A stretch of 64,000 nucleotides of DNA from Spirochaetia bacterium (GTDB taxonomy: Bacteria; Spirochaetota; Spirochaetia; SP-2023): the NCBI GenBank assembly GCA_965225855.1, contig CBDDCK010000005.1, forward strand, positions 256,001-320,000. Direction: 5' to 3'. Positions 53,873 through 63,517 of this stretch are shown here, piece after piece. Position 1 is the first letter of the stretch. The number at the start of each line of letters is the position of its first letter. The notes below the pieces were generated by a model. The model did not search any database. It had not been told where the DNA came from and was given only the letters and a program-made list of their open reading frames with translations. The position numbers and the translations under genes are program-made.

Positions 53873-54721
53873 CTAAAATATATTATTTTTATGAGTTTCC
53901 AGCAAAAAACGCAAAGTAGAACGCAGTACACGGCGGTCTACTACTTTATCGATAAAGCCTTTGTTTTGCAAAAATTCCGCTGTTTGAAAGCCTTCAGGCA
54001 ATTCTTCTTTTATCGTCCCTTCAATTACTCGCCTGCCGGCAAAACCAATCATCGCTCCCGGCTCGGCCAAAGTAATATCTCCCAACATCGCAAAGGAAGC
54101 GATTACCCCCCCGAAAGTTGGGTCCATCAAAATAGTGATTAAAGGTACGTGCAAACTTTCTAATAAAGCAATTGCATTCGCGGTTTTCGCCATTTGCATC
54201 AGTGAAAAAATTCCCTCGTGCATGCGCGCACCACCAGAAGCTGTAAAAAGAATAGCAGGGATACCTTTATCTGCTGCATGCAAAATCAAACGAGTGATTT
54301 TTTCGCCAACAACCGAGCCCATGCTGCCACCCATAAACTCAAAAGACATCACGGCAATCACAACATCATTGCCGCAAACCTTACCTGTTCCGGTAATTAC
54401 GCCATCTTTTATCCCCGCTTTACGCCGACTCTGTTCTAGCTTATCTTCATAACCAATCATTTTAATAGGGTTTACACTCGCTATATCCGAACTCAATTCA
54501 ACAAAAGAACCTTCATCAAGAGTAATGGCAATTCGATCTTTTACGGGAATCCGCAAATGATAGCCACAATGTATACAAACCATCAAGTTTTTGCGCAAGT
54601 CCTCGCCCGATACCACCGTATGACACGAGCTACAATCCAATTCTTCTGTAATGCGCAAGCCAATAGAACCCTTGTTCCATTGTAAATTTTCTGCTTCTAA
54701 GATATTCACTTGCATAATCAT
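53873..54721 (-). CDS. accD: Acetyl-CoA carboxylase carboxyltransferase beta subunit
   Basis: Zn finger CSSC...CIHCGYH, FMGGSMGSVVGEKI, SGGARMHEG, PTFGGVIASFA, IGFAGRRVI, FQTAEFL. Confidence 0.96.
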   Translation of the reverse strand: MIMQVNILEAENLQWNKGSIGLRITEELDCSSCHTVVSGEDLRKNLMVCIHCGYHLRIPVKDRIAITLDEGSFVELSSDIASVNPIKMIGYEDKLEQSRRKAGIKDGVITGTGKVCGNDVVIAVMSFEFMGGSMGSVVGEKITRLILHAADKGIPAILFTASGGARMHEGIFSLMQMAKTANAIALLESLHVPLITILMDPTFGGVIASFAMLGDITLAEPGAMIGFAGRRVIEGTIKEELPEGFQTAEFLQNKGFIDKVVDRRVLRSTLRFLLETHKNNIF

Positions 54722-54723
54722 TC

Positions 54724-56049
54724 CTATTTTTTCGCAGAGATAATTTTGCCATATATATCAGTACCAAATTTACCAACACGAAAAGCTGAACTTTGTAAAA
54801 TCGTCAACTGTTCTTCGAGGTTGACTTTTATGCCTTCAATCACCAATTCTTGTAAAGCTCTTTCCATTCGCTTTAAGCCTTCTTCACGGTTCATGGCCCC
54901 GACAATAATTTTTGCAACCATAGAATCATAAAATGGAGAGACATTGCAACCCGAATACAAAAACGTATCGGTACGAGTCATTGGGCCTTGCGGCGCTCCA
55001 AATTTCGTAACGGGCCCTGGCGTAAGAGCATTGATACGAGCTTCCAACGCATAGCCGCGCAAGCAAATATCTTGCTGCCGAATTTCCATATTTTCACCAA
55101 TGCAACCCAGTATCTGCTGGCGAATAATATCGACTCCTGTAATCATTTCTGTTACTGGATGCTCAACTTGAACACGAGCGTTCACTTCCATAAAGTAGTA
55201 TTGGCCTTCATGAACCAAAAACTCGATAGTACCAGCACCCGCATAATTTAAATGTTGGAACAAGCGAATGGCATCTTGGCCCATTTTTTCACGCATTTCT
55301 GGGCTAACTACATTAGAGGGACTTTCTTCCAGCAATTTTTGGTGATTTTTTTGCACAGAGCAATCGCGCTCCCCCAAGTGCAAAACGTTATCGCGGCCAT
55401 CACCCAATACTTGAATTTCCACATGGCGCGGAGAGCGCAGATATTTTTCCATATAGATGGTACCGTCAGCAAAATTACTTTCGGCTTCGTTGGCCGCTAC
55501 TTTTAAAGCGTTGGGCAATTCTTCTGGAGCTTCGACTATCCGCATGCCACGCCCACCGCCACCGGCTGCTGCTTTAATAATCACTGGATAGCCAATATTT
55601 ACAGCTAACTCTTTTGCTTTTTCTAGCTGGTTATTTATCGATTCTTTACTACCGGGAATGGTAGGAATCCCCACTTTTTGGGCTATGTGCTTGGCTTCCA
55701 CTTTATCACCTAAGGCACTGATCACTTTTGATTCAGCTCCGATAAATATTAGTCCATGCTCACGCACCAAGCCAGCAAATTTGGCATTTTCAGACAAAAA
55801 ACCAACCCCGGGGTGGATTGCATCACACTGCATATTCGCAGCAACTGAAATGAGGCTATCCATACGCAAGTAACTTTTAGCTGACGGTGGTGCCCCAATA
55901 CAAAATGCCTTGTCGGCCATTTGTACATGCAAAGCATCTTTATCGGCTTCAGAATAAACGGCAACGGTTTTTATACCCATTTCTCTGCAAGTACGGATAA
56001 TGCGCACGGCAATTTCACCGCGATTGGCAATAAGCAGGGAGCGAATCAT
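54724..56049 (-). CDS. accC: Acetyl-CoA carboxylase biotin carboxylase
   Basis: IANRGEIAVR, HPGVGFLSEN, GGGGRGMR, ERDCSVQ, EVNARVQVEHPVTE, YDSMVAK. Confidence 0.98.
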   Translation of the reverse strand: MIRSLLIANRGEIAVRIIRTCREMGIKTVAVYSEADKDALHVQMADKAFCIGAPPSAKSYLRMDSLISVAANMQCDAIHPGVGFLSENAKFAGLVREHGLIFIGAESKVISALGDKVEAKHIAQKVGIPTIPGSKESINNQLEKAKELAVNIGYPVIIKAAAGGGGRGMRIVEAPEELPNALKVAANEAESNFADGTIYMEKYLRSPRHVEIQVLGDGRDNVLHLGERDCSVQKNHQKLLEESPSNVVSPEMREKMGQDAIRLFQHLNYAGAGTIEFLVHEGQYYFMEVNARVQVEHPVTEMITGVDIIRQQILGCIGENMEIRQQDICLRGYALEARINALTPGPVTKFGAPQGPMTRTDTFLYSGCNVSPFYDSMVAKIIVGAMNREEGLKRMERALQELVIEGIKVNLEEQLTILQSSAFRVGKFGTDIYGKIISAKK

Positions 56050-56492
56050 ATACGCTTGACCTCGAATAATGGGGTATTAAATTCAACCATTACTCCATTA
56101 TCCACCAAAACTTTCACTACTTCACAATCAAATTCAGCTTTTAATTCATTCATGAGCTTCATCGCTTCCAAGATACAAATGGTTTGCCCTTTGGTAATAC
56201 GCTCCCCTTCGTTGGCAAAGTACGGGGCATCGGGTGCTGGTTGGCGATAAAAATTACCCACAATAGGGGCCCGAATCAATTCAGCTCCATCGCTAACGAC
56301 TGCACTATTTTCTACAGCTACTTCAGCTGCAGCTGTAGACGCATTTGCTGGTGCTGCAACCACCGTTGGTTGATGGGTTACGACTTCTGCTTTTTGCAAG
56401 CGGATAGTCCCTTGTTTACTTTCAAACAAAAGTTCATGAATATTACGCTTTTCAAATTCAGCCATCAATTCATACAAAAATTCTTTATCCAT
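56046..56492 (-). CDS. accB: Biotin carboxyl carrier protein
   Basis: APIVGNFY, EAMKLMNE biotinylation motif. Confidence 0.97.
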   Translation of the reverse strand: MDKEFLYELMAEFEKRNIHELLFESKQGTIRLQKAEVVTHQPTVVAAPANASTAAAEVAVENSAVVSDGAELIRAPIVGNFYRQPAPDAPYFANEGERITKGQTICILEAMKLMNELKAEFDCEVVKVLVDNGVMVEFNTPLFEVKRI

Positions 56493-57002
56493 AATGAAAG
56501 TCCTTATTTAAATACTACTCAAGGAAGCTATGCAAGAAACGAGCAGGAAGTTATCCTAGCAAAAATTCCAACTCTAGGGAAGGCAAGTACTAGAGTTTAT
56601 CAAGAAGCACATAGAACAAATAAAGAAATAATATCGTCTAGTCAATAACAATTTAGATTGGAATATTTTCAACTAAAATATTCGTGCTTTCTACTTAGGC
56701 CATAAGCCTATTGAAGAAATGACTGGCTATTGAATCAATAAGTCCAAAGATTTTAGCAAAAACATGATAATGCCTGCACTCTTTGCCCCTTTCTTTGCAC
56801 AGGGGCTTGTTCGGTTTGCGCCCATTAGCTTGGTTGTTTTAGCCTTTGGCTATATTGGCTTCCCGTATTTACCAAGGCTATAATTGGCCAATGCAAGCAT
56901 TGCAACAACAAGATACAGCCTAATAAGCCCAACAAAAAAGCCAACCAAGCATTGCTTGCAGCATTTACTTGGTTGGCCTGCCCGCTAGCTTTGACTTAGC
57001 TA

Positions 57003-59216
57003 CTATAAATTACCAACGATAATATAATTTGTTGTTGTGTCTGCTGGACTACCCATTACAAATCCTGCTGCTCCTTCAAGGTTGTAATAACCATCAGCAT
57101 CTTGAAAACCAGCTTTAACCAGTATCTTATTGGCTTCCGCTTTTACACTACCGCTTAAAGTAATAGTTACGCTTGTTATACTTGCTGCAGAACCTGTGGC
57201 TGTGTTTTCACCTACGGTTGCGTGCTGGGGTAATGTGTATCTCTTCTTACCATCACCGGATACAAGCGTCAATTTGCTGAAGTCCCAGTCTGCAACTGTT
57301 GTCGGTAAATCAGTACCATTAATCGTTAACACGCCTGTACCAACATTGTAGATTGCGTTGGTGATATGGCTTACACGCCCACTAACGGTAATAGGGTTAT
57401 TGCTTGTGTCTTCAGCGCTACCACCTGCAAATCCTGCTGCTGCTTCCAGGTTGTAAAAACCATCAGCATCACTATCACCATTCTTAACCAATATACTATC
57501 GGCTTTCCCTTTTTCAGTACCCTTTAAAGTAATCGTTAAGCTTGTTGCACTTGCACGAGAACCTTTGGCTCTACTAAAACCGAATGTTGGGTTGTGCCGT
57601 AATAATGGGGCACTCTTAGTACGACCATTACCTGCGACAAGCCTCAATTTGGTGAAGTCCCAGCCTTTAACTGTTTTTGGTAAATTGACACCTGTAATCA
57701 CTAACACGCCTGTAGCAGCATTGTAGGTTGCACGGGTAATTGTGGGTGGGTTTCCACTAACGGCCAAGGCTTTGGCTGTATTTAAACCCGCCCAAGCACC
57801 AGTGCCAACGCTAAGCAACCCATCTTTTAGACCATTGCTATCCATACCTGTCTTGCCATTCAGAGTAGCTTTATGTTGATCGGTAAGGTAAAGCCAAAGC
57901 GCTGTGCCAGCGCTATGCAGGCGGTACTTACCTTTTGCAAGACCGCGACTATCTGGCCCAGTGGCTGTGGCATCTGCAATATAGGAACTTAAGGCTAAGC
58001 CATCTACCACGATGGTTTGGATTTGCGCTTGGGTCGCAGTTGTAGCACTTAAGTGAGTACCTTGCAAGGTTAGCAGCGCCATGCCAACATGGTAGCTTGC
58101 ACTGGTAATTGCGGCTTCAGGCGACTCCTCTTCAGCTTGTTCGACTTGTTCGTCTTCTTCAGCTTGTTCGTCTTCAGTTTGCTTAGATGGCTGATTGTCA
58201 TCGGATACTTTAGACTGCTTATTTTCGGGTATATTCCTAACTTCCAAGTCTTTGGCTGTATCTAAACCCGCCCAAGCACCAGAGCTAGTAAGCAACCCTT
58301 TTTTTAGACCATTGCTATCCATACCTGTCTTGCCATTCAGAGTAGCTTTATGTTGATCGGTAAGGTAAAGCCAAAGCGCTGTGCCAGCGCTATGCAGGCG
58401 GTACTTACCTTTTGCAAGACCGCGACTATCTGGCCCAGTGGCTGTGGCATCTGCAATATAGGAACTTAAGGCTAAGCCATCTACCACGATGGTTTGGATT
58501 TGCGCTTGGGTCGCAGTTGTAGCACTTAAGTGAGTACCTTGCAAGGTTAGCAGCGCCATGCCAACATCGTAGCTTGCACTGGTAATTGCGGCTTCTTCGG
58601 CTTCGGTTTGCTTAGACAACTGCTTATCTTCAGCTTGCTTAGGCGACTGATCTTCGGCTTTAGGTTGCTTAGGCGACTGATCTTCGGCTTTAGGTTGCTT
58701 AGGCGACTCTTCTTCAGCTTGTTCGTCTTGTTCGTCTTCTTCAGCTTGTTCGGGTATATACTTAAAGACCAAGTCTCTAGGTGTATTTAAACCCGCCCAA
58801 GCACCAGAGCTAACGCTAAGCAAGCCTTTTTTTAGACCATTGCTACCCACCTTGGCCTCAAGAGCAGCTTTATGTTCATCTTTAAGTTTCAGCCAAAGCT
58901 TTGTGCCATCGGTTGCAATACGGTACTTACCTTTTGCAAGACCGCTACTATCTGGCCCAGTGGCTGGGTCATCTGCAGTATAGGAACTTAAGGCTACGCC
59001 ATCTACTACGATGGTTTGGATTTGGGCTTCTGTAGGACTTAAGTTAGAACCTTGTACGGTTAACAGAGCCGTAGCAAAGTCGTAGATGGCATTATTGATA
59101 GACGGCCCAGAAGATGGCCCAGAAGATCGATCATCGTCATCGGGTGGGGCGCAGGCCAAGGCCATAAAGGCCAGTAGCCAGGCTACTGGCAATAAAAGTA
59201 GTTTGAGCTTATACAT
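57003..59216 (-). CDS. Modular surface lipoprotein, paralog 2: three A domains with acidic linkers, then two B domains
   Basis: GGAGG SD before ATG 59216; MYKLKLLLLPVAWLLAFMALA-C; same A and B domains as 34017-36215; A2 and A3 are near-identical in DNA (period about 477 bp); 30-bp SPKQPKAEDQ repeats near 58630-58710. Confidence 0.9.
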   Translation of the reverse strand: MYKLKLLLLPVAWLLAFMALACAPPDDDDRSSGPSSGPSINNAIYDFATALLTVQGSNLSPTEAQIQTIVVDGVALSSYTADDPATGPDSSGLAKGKYRIATDGTKLWLKLKDEHKAALEAKVGSNGLKKGLLSVSSGAWAGLNTPRDLVFKYIPEQAEEDEQDEQAEEESPKQPKAEDQSPKQPKAEDQSPKQAEDKQLSKQTEAEEAAITSASYDVGMALLTLQGTHLSATTATQAQIQTIVVDGLALSSYIADATATGPDSRGLAKGKYRLHSAGTALWLYLTDQHKATLNGKTGMDSNGLKKGLLTSSGAWAGLDTAKDLEVRNIPENKQSKVSDDNQPSKQTEDEQAEEDEQVEQAEEESPEAAITSASYHVGMALLTLQGTHLSATTATQAQIQTIVVDGLALSSYIADATATGPDSRGLAKGKYRLHSAGTALWLYLTDQHKATLNGKTGMDSNGLKDGLLSVGTGAWAGLNTAKALAVSGNPPTITRATYNAATGVLVITGVNLPKTVKGWDFTKLRLVAGNGRTKSAPLLRHNPTFGFSRAKGSRASATSLTITLKGTEKGKADSILVKNGDSDADGFYNLEAAAGFAGGSAEDTSNNPITVSGRVSHITNAIYNVGTGVLTINGTDLPTTVADWDFSKLTLVSGDGKKRYTLPQHATVGENTATGSAASITSVTITLSGSVKAEANKILVKAGFQDADGYYNLEGAAGFVMGSPADTTTNYIIVGNL

Positions 59217-60007
59217 AAGCAATACCTCCAACAATGGATAAAGATTAACCAACCCATACGGGCTAGTCTGTAAATCCCCATTTTGCTAGGGGGGGTGTTG
59301 CGTCAAGGCCTATACAAGCTTTTTGTAAGTTTTTTTATGTTTGGGCACTTTTTTTGTGTGTTAGTGTTGTAAGGTGGTTCAAAATCCATGCCAATCAAAA
59401 GGCTTGGGGGTATGCGATAGCAGGCGCAACGCCAACTATGCCAACCGTGCCAACCCAACCATGCCAACCATTGGGCGGTATCAATATATCGCAGTTGGGG
59501 TCATCGGCCCGCAATATATAGCCAGATATTGTGCAAGTCGTCTAAAATGCCAGCATTGACGCTGTGGGCTAAGGTCAAAGCATCGGCATACTGGCCCTAT
59601 TTGAGGTCGTCCCAGTTTTGGCTTTTTACGATGTTGTTGGGTTTTAGGAAGTCTATGGCCTGCTTATTTTTATGGTTTTTAGTGCCTTGCTATGATACAT
59701 CTTTCCGCCTTCGATCAAGGCCTTGATCCAAGGCGGATCAATACCTTACTCCAATGGGGATCAAGGCATTACTCCAATGCGGAAAGCTATATTGTAGCAA
59801 GACAGGCGATGACTTGTAGATTGGCATCGGCAAACCAATTGCGTTTGTATGTGCGTTTGTATGGCTATTTCGGTTTGTTGCTTTGGATTGTTGCTTTGGA
59901 TTGTTGGTTGGGGGTGGGTTATAGGGGCAATAACATCACTGACACCGATAAAACTTGCAATATAGATACTTGACAACTTGCTTCAAATCTATAAATTAGC
60001 CTAGCTC

Positions 60008-60946
60008 ATGAACAATACAATCACACCATTACAGAAAAATACCCATACGCTAGCATTTATTGCCACTCTTTTGGCTTTTTTGTGTTTCAGCTTAATGGAC
60101 TCGATTATACGCTATCTTGGCAATGAATTACCTACCATATATTTTAGCTTCCAACAAAGGGCCTTTACTTGCGCAATACTCTTTATAACCATGCTGGCTG
60201 TTAGTATAAAAAATCAATCACTAGCTATATTTAAAATACAGCACCCCGTTTCACTCTTTGTAATAGGGGTTTTATTGTATGCGATTACTATACTATTTGT
60301 GCGCACCTTTACATTGTTACCTTTAAGCAATGCCTATTCTATTATATTTTCTTTACCACTGTTTACTGTATTATTTGCCAGAGTTTTTATTAAAGAAACG
60401 ATCAGCATCATACAACTTAGCGGTATTATAGGTGGCTTTGTTGGAATCCTGATTATATTACAGCCTGGTCTGATCAGCTTTTCAATTGGTTATTTGTTTG
60501 CTTTACTTGGTGTTGGGATTGAAGCCCCCATGTTTATCATGATACGCCATTACCATAAAGAAAATCACCCATTCAGTGTGGCTTTCTATTCTAATCTGGT
60601 AGCACTATTATTGCTATACATTACAGAGCTAATATATAATACGGGTGAATCTGTTGTAATGGACTACCGAATATTTACTTTTATTACATTATTTGCCACT
60701 ATCTCTGTCGCCAATCAATTTTTGCTAAACTTTTCACTAAAATACTTAAAAGCTGGCTTATCGCTAAGTATGCAGTTTTCCCAAATTATCTGGGGGGCCG
60801 TCTTTGGCTACATATTCTTTAAAGATAAAGAATACAATACTTCTTACTTTATGGGTACAGCTATCATCATACTATGCAGCGTTATCGTCAGCACCAATAA
60901 ATTTCCTTTTACCAAAAAGAAAGAATCGCCACTCACGAAAGTTTAG
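60008..60946 (+). CDS. DMT/EamA family transporter
   Basis: About 10 TM segments in two repeats; LPLFTVLFARVFIKE, GGFVGILIILQPG, WGAVFGYIFFKD. Confidence 0.9.
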   Translation: MNNTITPLQKNTHTLAFIATLLAFLCFSLMDSIIRYLGNELPTIYFSFQQRAFTCAILFITMLAVSIKNQSLAIFKIQHPVSLFVIGVLLYAITILFVRTFTLLPLSNAYSIIFSLPLFTVLFARVFIKETISIIQLSGIIGGFVGILIILQPGLISFSIGYLFALLGVGIEAPMFIMIRHYHKENHPFSVAFYSNLVALLLLYITELIYNTGESVVMDYRIFTFITLFATISVANQFLLNFSLKYLKAGLSLSMQFSQIIWGAVFGYIFFKDKEYNTSYFMGTAIIILCSVIVSTNKFPFTKKKESPLTKV

Positions 60947-60968
60947 CGAAAGGAGTTTCAAAGTATTT

Positions 60969-61442
60969 ATGGAAAGTAAGGACAAGCCACCCAAAAACAA
61001 CAGTACCCGCCAAAAAGTCATACGCATTTTGGCATACTCTACCGTCTACCTAGTGTTAAATTTAATCATGCAATGGGTGGTTTTAAGTATCTTAATGCTA
61101 GCAGACTCGCGCATGCTAAGCGGTATAGAATACCGCCACTATATTTTGGTTGCCCTAAATATGTTTATTACTGCTTCTTTATACAGTGGTATACTAAGTA
61201 GGCTAGAAGGTGGTTTAGAGAAGATCACCCTAAAGCTTATTGCAACTTTCCACAAACTAAGCAAAGCCTTTATAGGGGTTACAGGCTCACTGGGCCTAAT
61301 CTATTACCTACTATTTGCAGCCTATTACAAAAACATTTTTGGTCAAAACATATTACCAGACTTTGTCAAACAAGGCTGGCATTCCATAGCCTACTATTTC
61401 AACCTCTATATCGTCCAACCAATCCTAAATTGGCTAGGCTAA
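60969..61442 (+). CDS. Small membrane protein, unknown function
   Basis: AGGAG upstream of ATG 60969 (MESKDKPP...); about 3-4 hydrophobic segments. Confidence 0.6.
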   Translation: MESKDKPPKNNSTRQKVIRILAYSTVYLVLNLIMQWVVLSILMLADSRMLSGIEYRHYILVALNMFITASLYSGILSRLEGGLEKITLKLIATFHKLSKAFIGVTGSLGLIYYLLFAAYYKNIFGQNILPDFVKQGWHSIAYYFNLYIVQPILNWLG

Positions 61443-61476
61443 AGCTATAGTACACTAAAGAGAGAAAAAATGATAT

Positions 61477-61923
61477 ATGATGCAACAATGTCTTTAACAT
61501 TATAAGAAGAAGTTTCAGCCGGTATTCAACGAAATAGAACGCATAGAAAATAAAATTTACCAACAAAAAGGCTGGTGGATATTTACATCACATGTTTACT
61601 CGCAAGAAGATTTGCTGCAATCAGAACACCATGAAAGGATCAATTCCATAACAGAGAAGATTGGCGATGATGTAAAACATTGGGAGAGAGCCAAAGGGAA
61701 ACTTAGTAGTTTTGTACAAATAGCCTATTATTATAGATATAAAGTAGAATCTACCTTACATGATGTCAATAAAGCAATAGAAAATAGAGAACCAACTTGG
61801 TGGGAACAATGTAAAGATGCTTTGGGAGGTTTTGTAGTAAAGATCATGAACAATCTTCCAGAATTAGAAAGATTCTTGAAATTATTGCCTGCTTTAAAGA
61901 AAGGTATCAAATATATAACTTAA
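61477..61923 (+). pseudogene. Hypothetical helical protein with early in-frame stop
   Basis: ATG 61477 MMQQCL*(TAA 61495)HYKKKFQPVFNEIERIENKIYQQKGWWIF... continues in frame into ORF 61612-61923. Confidence 0.5.
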
Positions 61924-61970
61924 AAGAAATAATTAGTAAACTGTGTATTCAATAAAGGTCTTTAGAACCA

Positions 61971-62708
61971 ATGGCAGCCTTAAAAGATATAAAAGACACA
62001 AACAATACAGTGGCAAACATGCAATGGCCCTGTTCTGTAGTTATTGTTGAAAGCCCTTCGGCCAATCTCAATTCTATTTATATTGCCCTAAAGCGCATTC
62101 AAAACCTAAGCCAAACCCATTCGGAGCAGCCTAGTTTTACACTAAAACTTAGCCGCAATCCAGAGGAAATCCTTGCAGCAGAACGCGTAATATTCCCCGG
62201 TGTCGGCAACGCCAATTATATTATCAAAGAGCTAGAACAGACTGGCTTGGCCAAAACCTTACAACAAGTGCAAAGCCCCATCTTAGGCATCTGCTTGGGA
62301 ATGCAATTGCTATTTGAACAACTCAGTGAAGGCCAACAACAACCTGGCCTAGGACTTTTGCCCGGTTGCATACAACCATTGCGCCCAGCCTTACACAACA
62401 AGCTATCTGTGCCCCACATGGGTTGGAATACCATAGAAGCACAGCAACAAGCTAATTATCAAATACTAAAACCAGCCTATGCAGCTACAAGACAATGGCA
62501 AGCCTATTTTGTCCACAGCTACTATCTACCGCTAAGCTCTATAACTGTAGCCAGCTGCCATTACGGCAAAGTGCCGATTAGCGCCATTGTTCGTGGGCAA
62601 GGGGTGGCAAAACATATCTGGGGTTGCCAATTTCACCCTGAGAAATCAGGCTCTGTAGGTGCTACACTTTTGCATAACTGGCTACTATATGCCAACCAAA
62701 CAACTTAA
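61971..62708 (+). CDS. hisH: Imidazole glycerol phosphate synthase glutaminase subunit
   Basis: IFPGVG, ILGICLGMQLL, VPHMGWN, YFVHSY, GCQFHPEKSG. Confidence 0.96.
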   Translation: MAALKDIKDTNNTVANMQWPCSVVIVESPSANLNSIYIALKRIQNLSQTHSEQPSFTLKLSRNPEEILAAERVIFPGVGNANYIIKELEQTGLAKTLQQVQSPILGICLGMQLLFEQLSEGQQQPGLGLLPGCIQPLRPALHNKLSVPHMGWNTIEAQQQANYQILKPAYAATRQWQAYFVHSYYLPLSSITVASCHYGKVPISAIVRGQGVAKHIWGCQFHPEKSGSVGATLLHNWLLYANQTT

Positions 62709-62730
62709 AAGTCAGGCCAAAGGAACCATT

Positions 62731-63477
62731 ATGCTAACACTATACCCCGCAATTGACCTAATCAATGGTTGTTGCGTGCGTCTAACCCAAGGGGACTTTC
62801 ATCGGCAAAGCAATTACCCAACACAGCCCAAAGAATTAGCCCAAGCTTACCAACAAGCAGGCAGCCAATGGCTCCATGTGATAGACTTAGATGCAGCAAA
62901 AAGCCGCGGGGCTAAGCATCAATTAGCAACAATTCAAGATATAGTAGAAACTAGCGGCCTTAAAGTCCAATGTGGTGGCGGTATCCAAAACCAAGAGCGG
63001 CTACAACAAATTTTTGCCGCTAGAATAGAACGCGCTATTGTTGGCAGTCTCTGCGTGAAGGAACCAGCAACAGTACAACAATGGCTGGAGAAATTTGGGC
63101 CCGAACGCATTGTTCTTGCTTTAGATATCAGCTACCGCAACGATACCCCCTACATGGCTATTCACGGTTGGCAAGAGCTTAGCGATAAAACGTTATGGCA
63201 ACTACTAGAACAATTCACCACAGCCAAGCACATTTTATGCACCGACATTGACAAAGATGGGACATTGCAAGGGCCTAATTTGGCTTTATACCAAAGTATT
63301 CGGCAACGCTTTCCCCAGCTTCAAGTGCAAGCGTCCGGCGGTATCGCCAGCCTCAATGATCTTGGGAATTTAGAGCAAAACCATATATCTGGGGCTGTAT
63401 TGGGTAAGTCCCTTTTAGAAGGACTGTTTACCTTGGAACAGGCGATACAGCAACTCAAAAGTGGCTCAACTAATTAG
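62731..63477 (+). CDS. hisA: ProFAR isomerase
   Basis: LYPAIDLINGCCVRLTQGD, LHVIDLD, QCGGGI, ILCTDIDKDGTLQGPN, QASGGI; AAGGA SD before ATG 62731. Confidence 0.96.
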   Translation: MLTLYPAIDLINGCCVRLTQGDFHRQSNYPTQPKELAQAYQQAGSQWLHVIDLDAAKSRGAKHQLATIQDIVETSGLKVQCGGGIQNQERLQQIFAARIERAIVGSLCVKEPATVQQWLEKFGPERIVLALDISYRNDTPYMAIHGWQELSDKTLWQLLEQFTTAKHILCTDIDKDGTLQGPNLALYQSIRQRFPQLQVQASGGIASLNDLGNLEQNHISGAVLGKSLLEGLFTLEQAIQQLKSGSTN

Positions 63478-63517
63478 CTATATTTTTTATTGGTAAAAAT
63501 TTGTAACAAGGAATACT

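Noticed and set aside
56184..56648. 154-aa plus-strand ORF and similar antisense ORFs (e.g. 17958-18356, 39664-40140, 43821-44261)
   Set aside because: They are antisense to well-supported genes or pseudogenes and show no recognisable motifs.
33981..59252. Diversity-generating retroelement or recombinase-driven shufflon
   Set aside because: No reverse transcriptase or site-specific recombinase in the window; both copies are full genes and the differences do not look adenine-restricted.
59425..59470. Short GCCAAC repeats upstream of paralog 2
   Set aside because: Degenerate low-complexity run, not shared with paralog 1; no supportable function.
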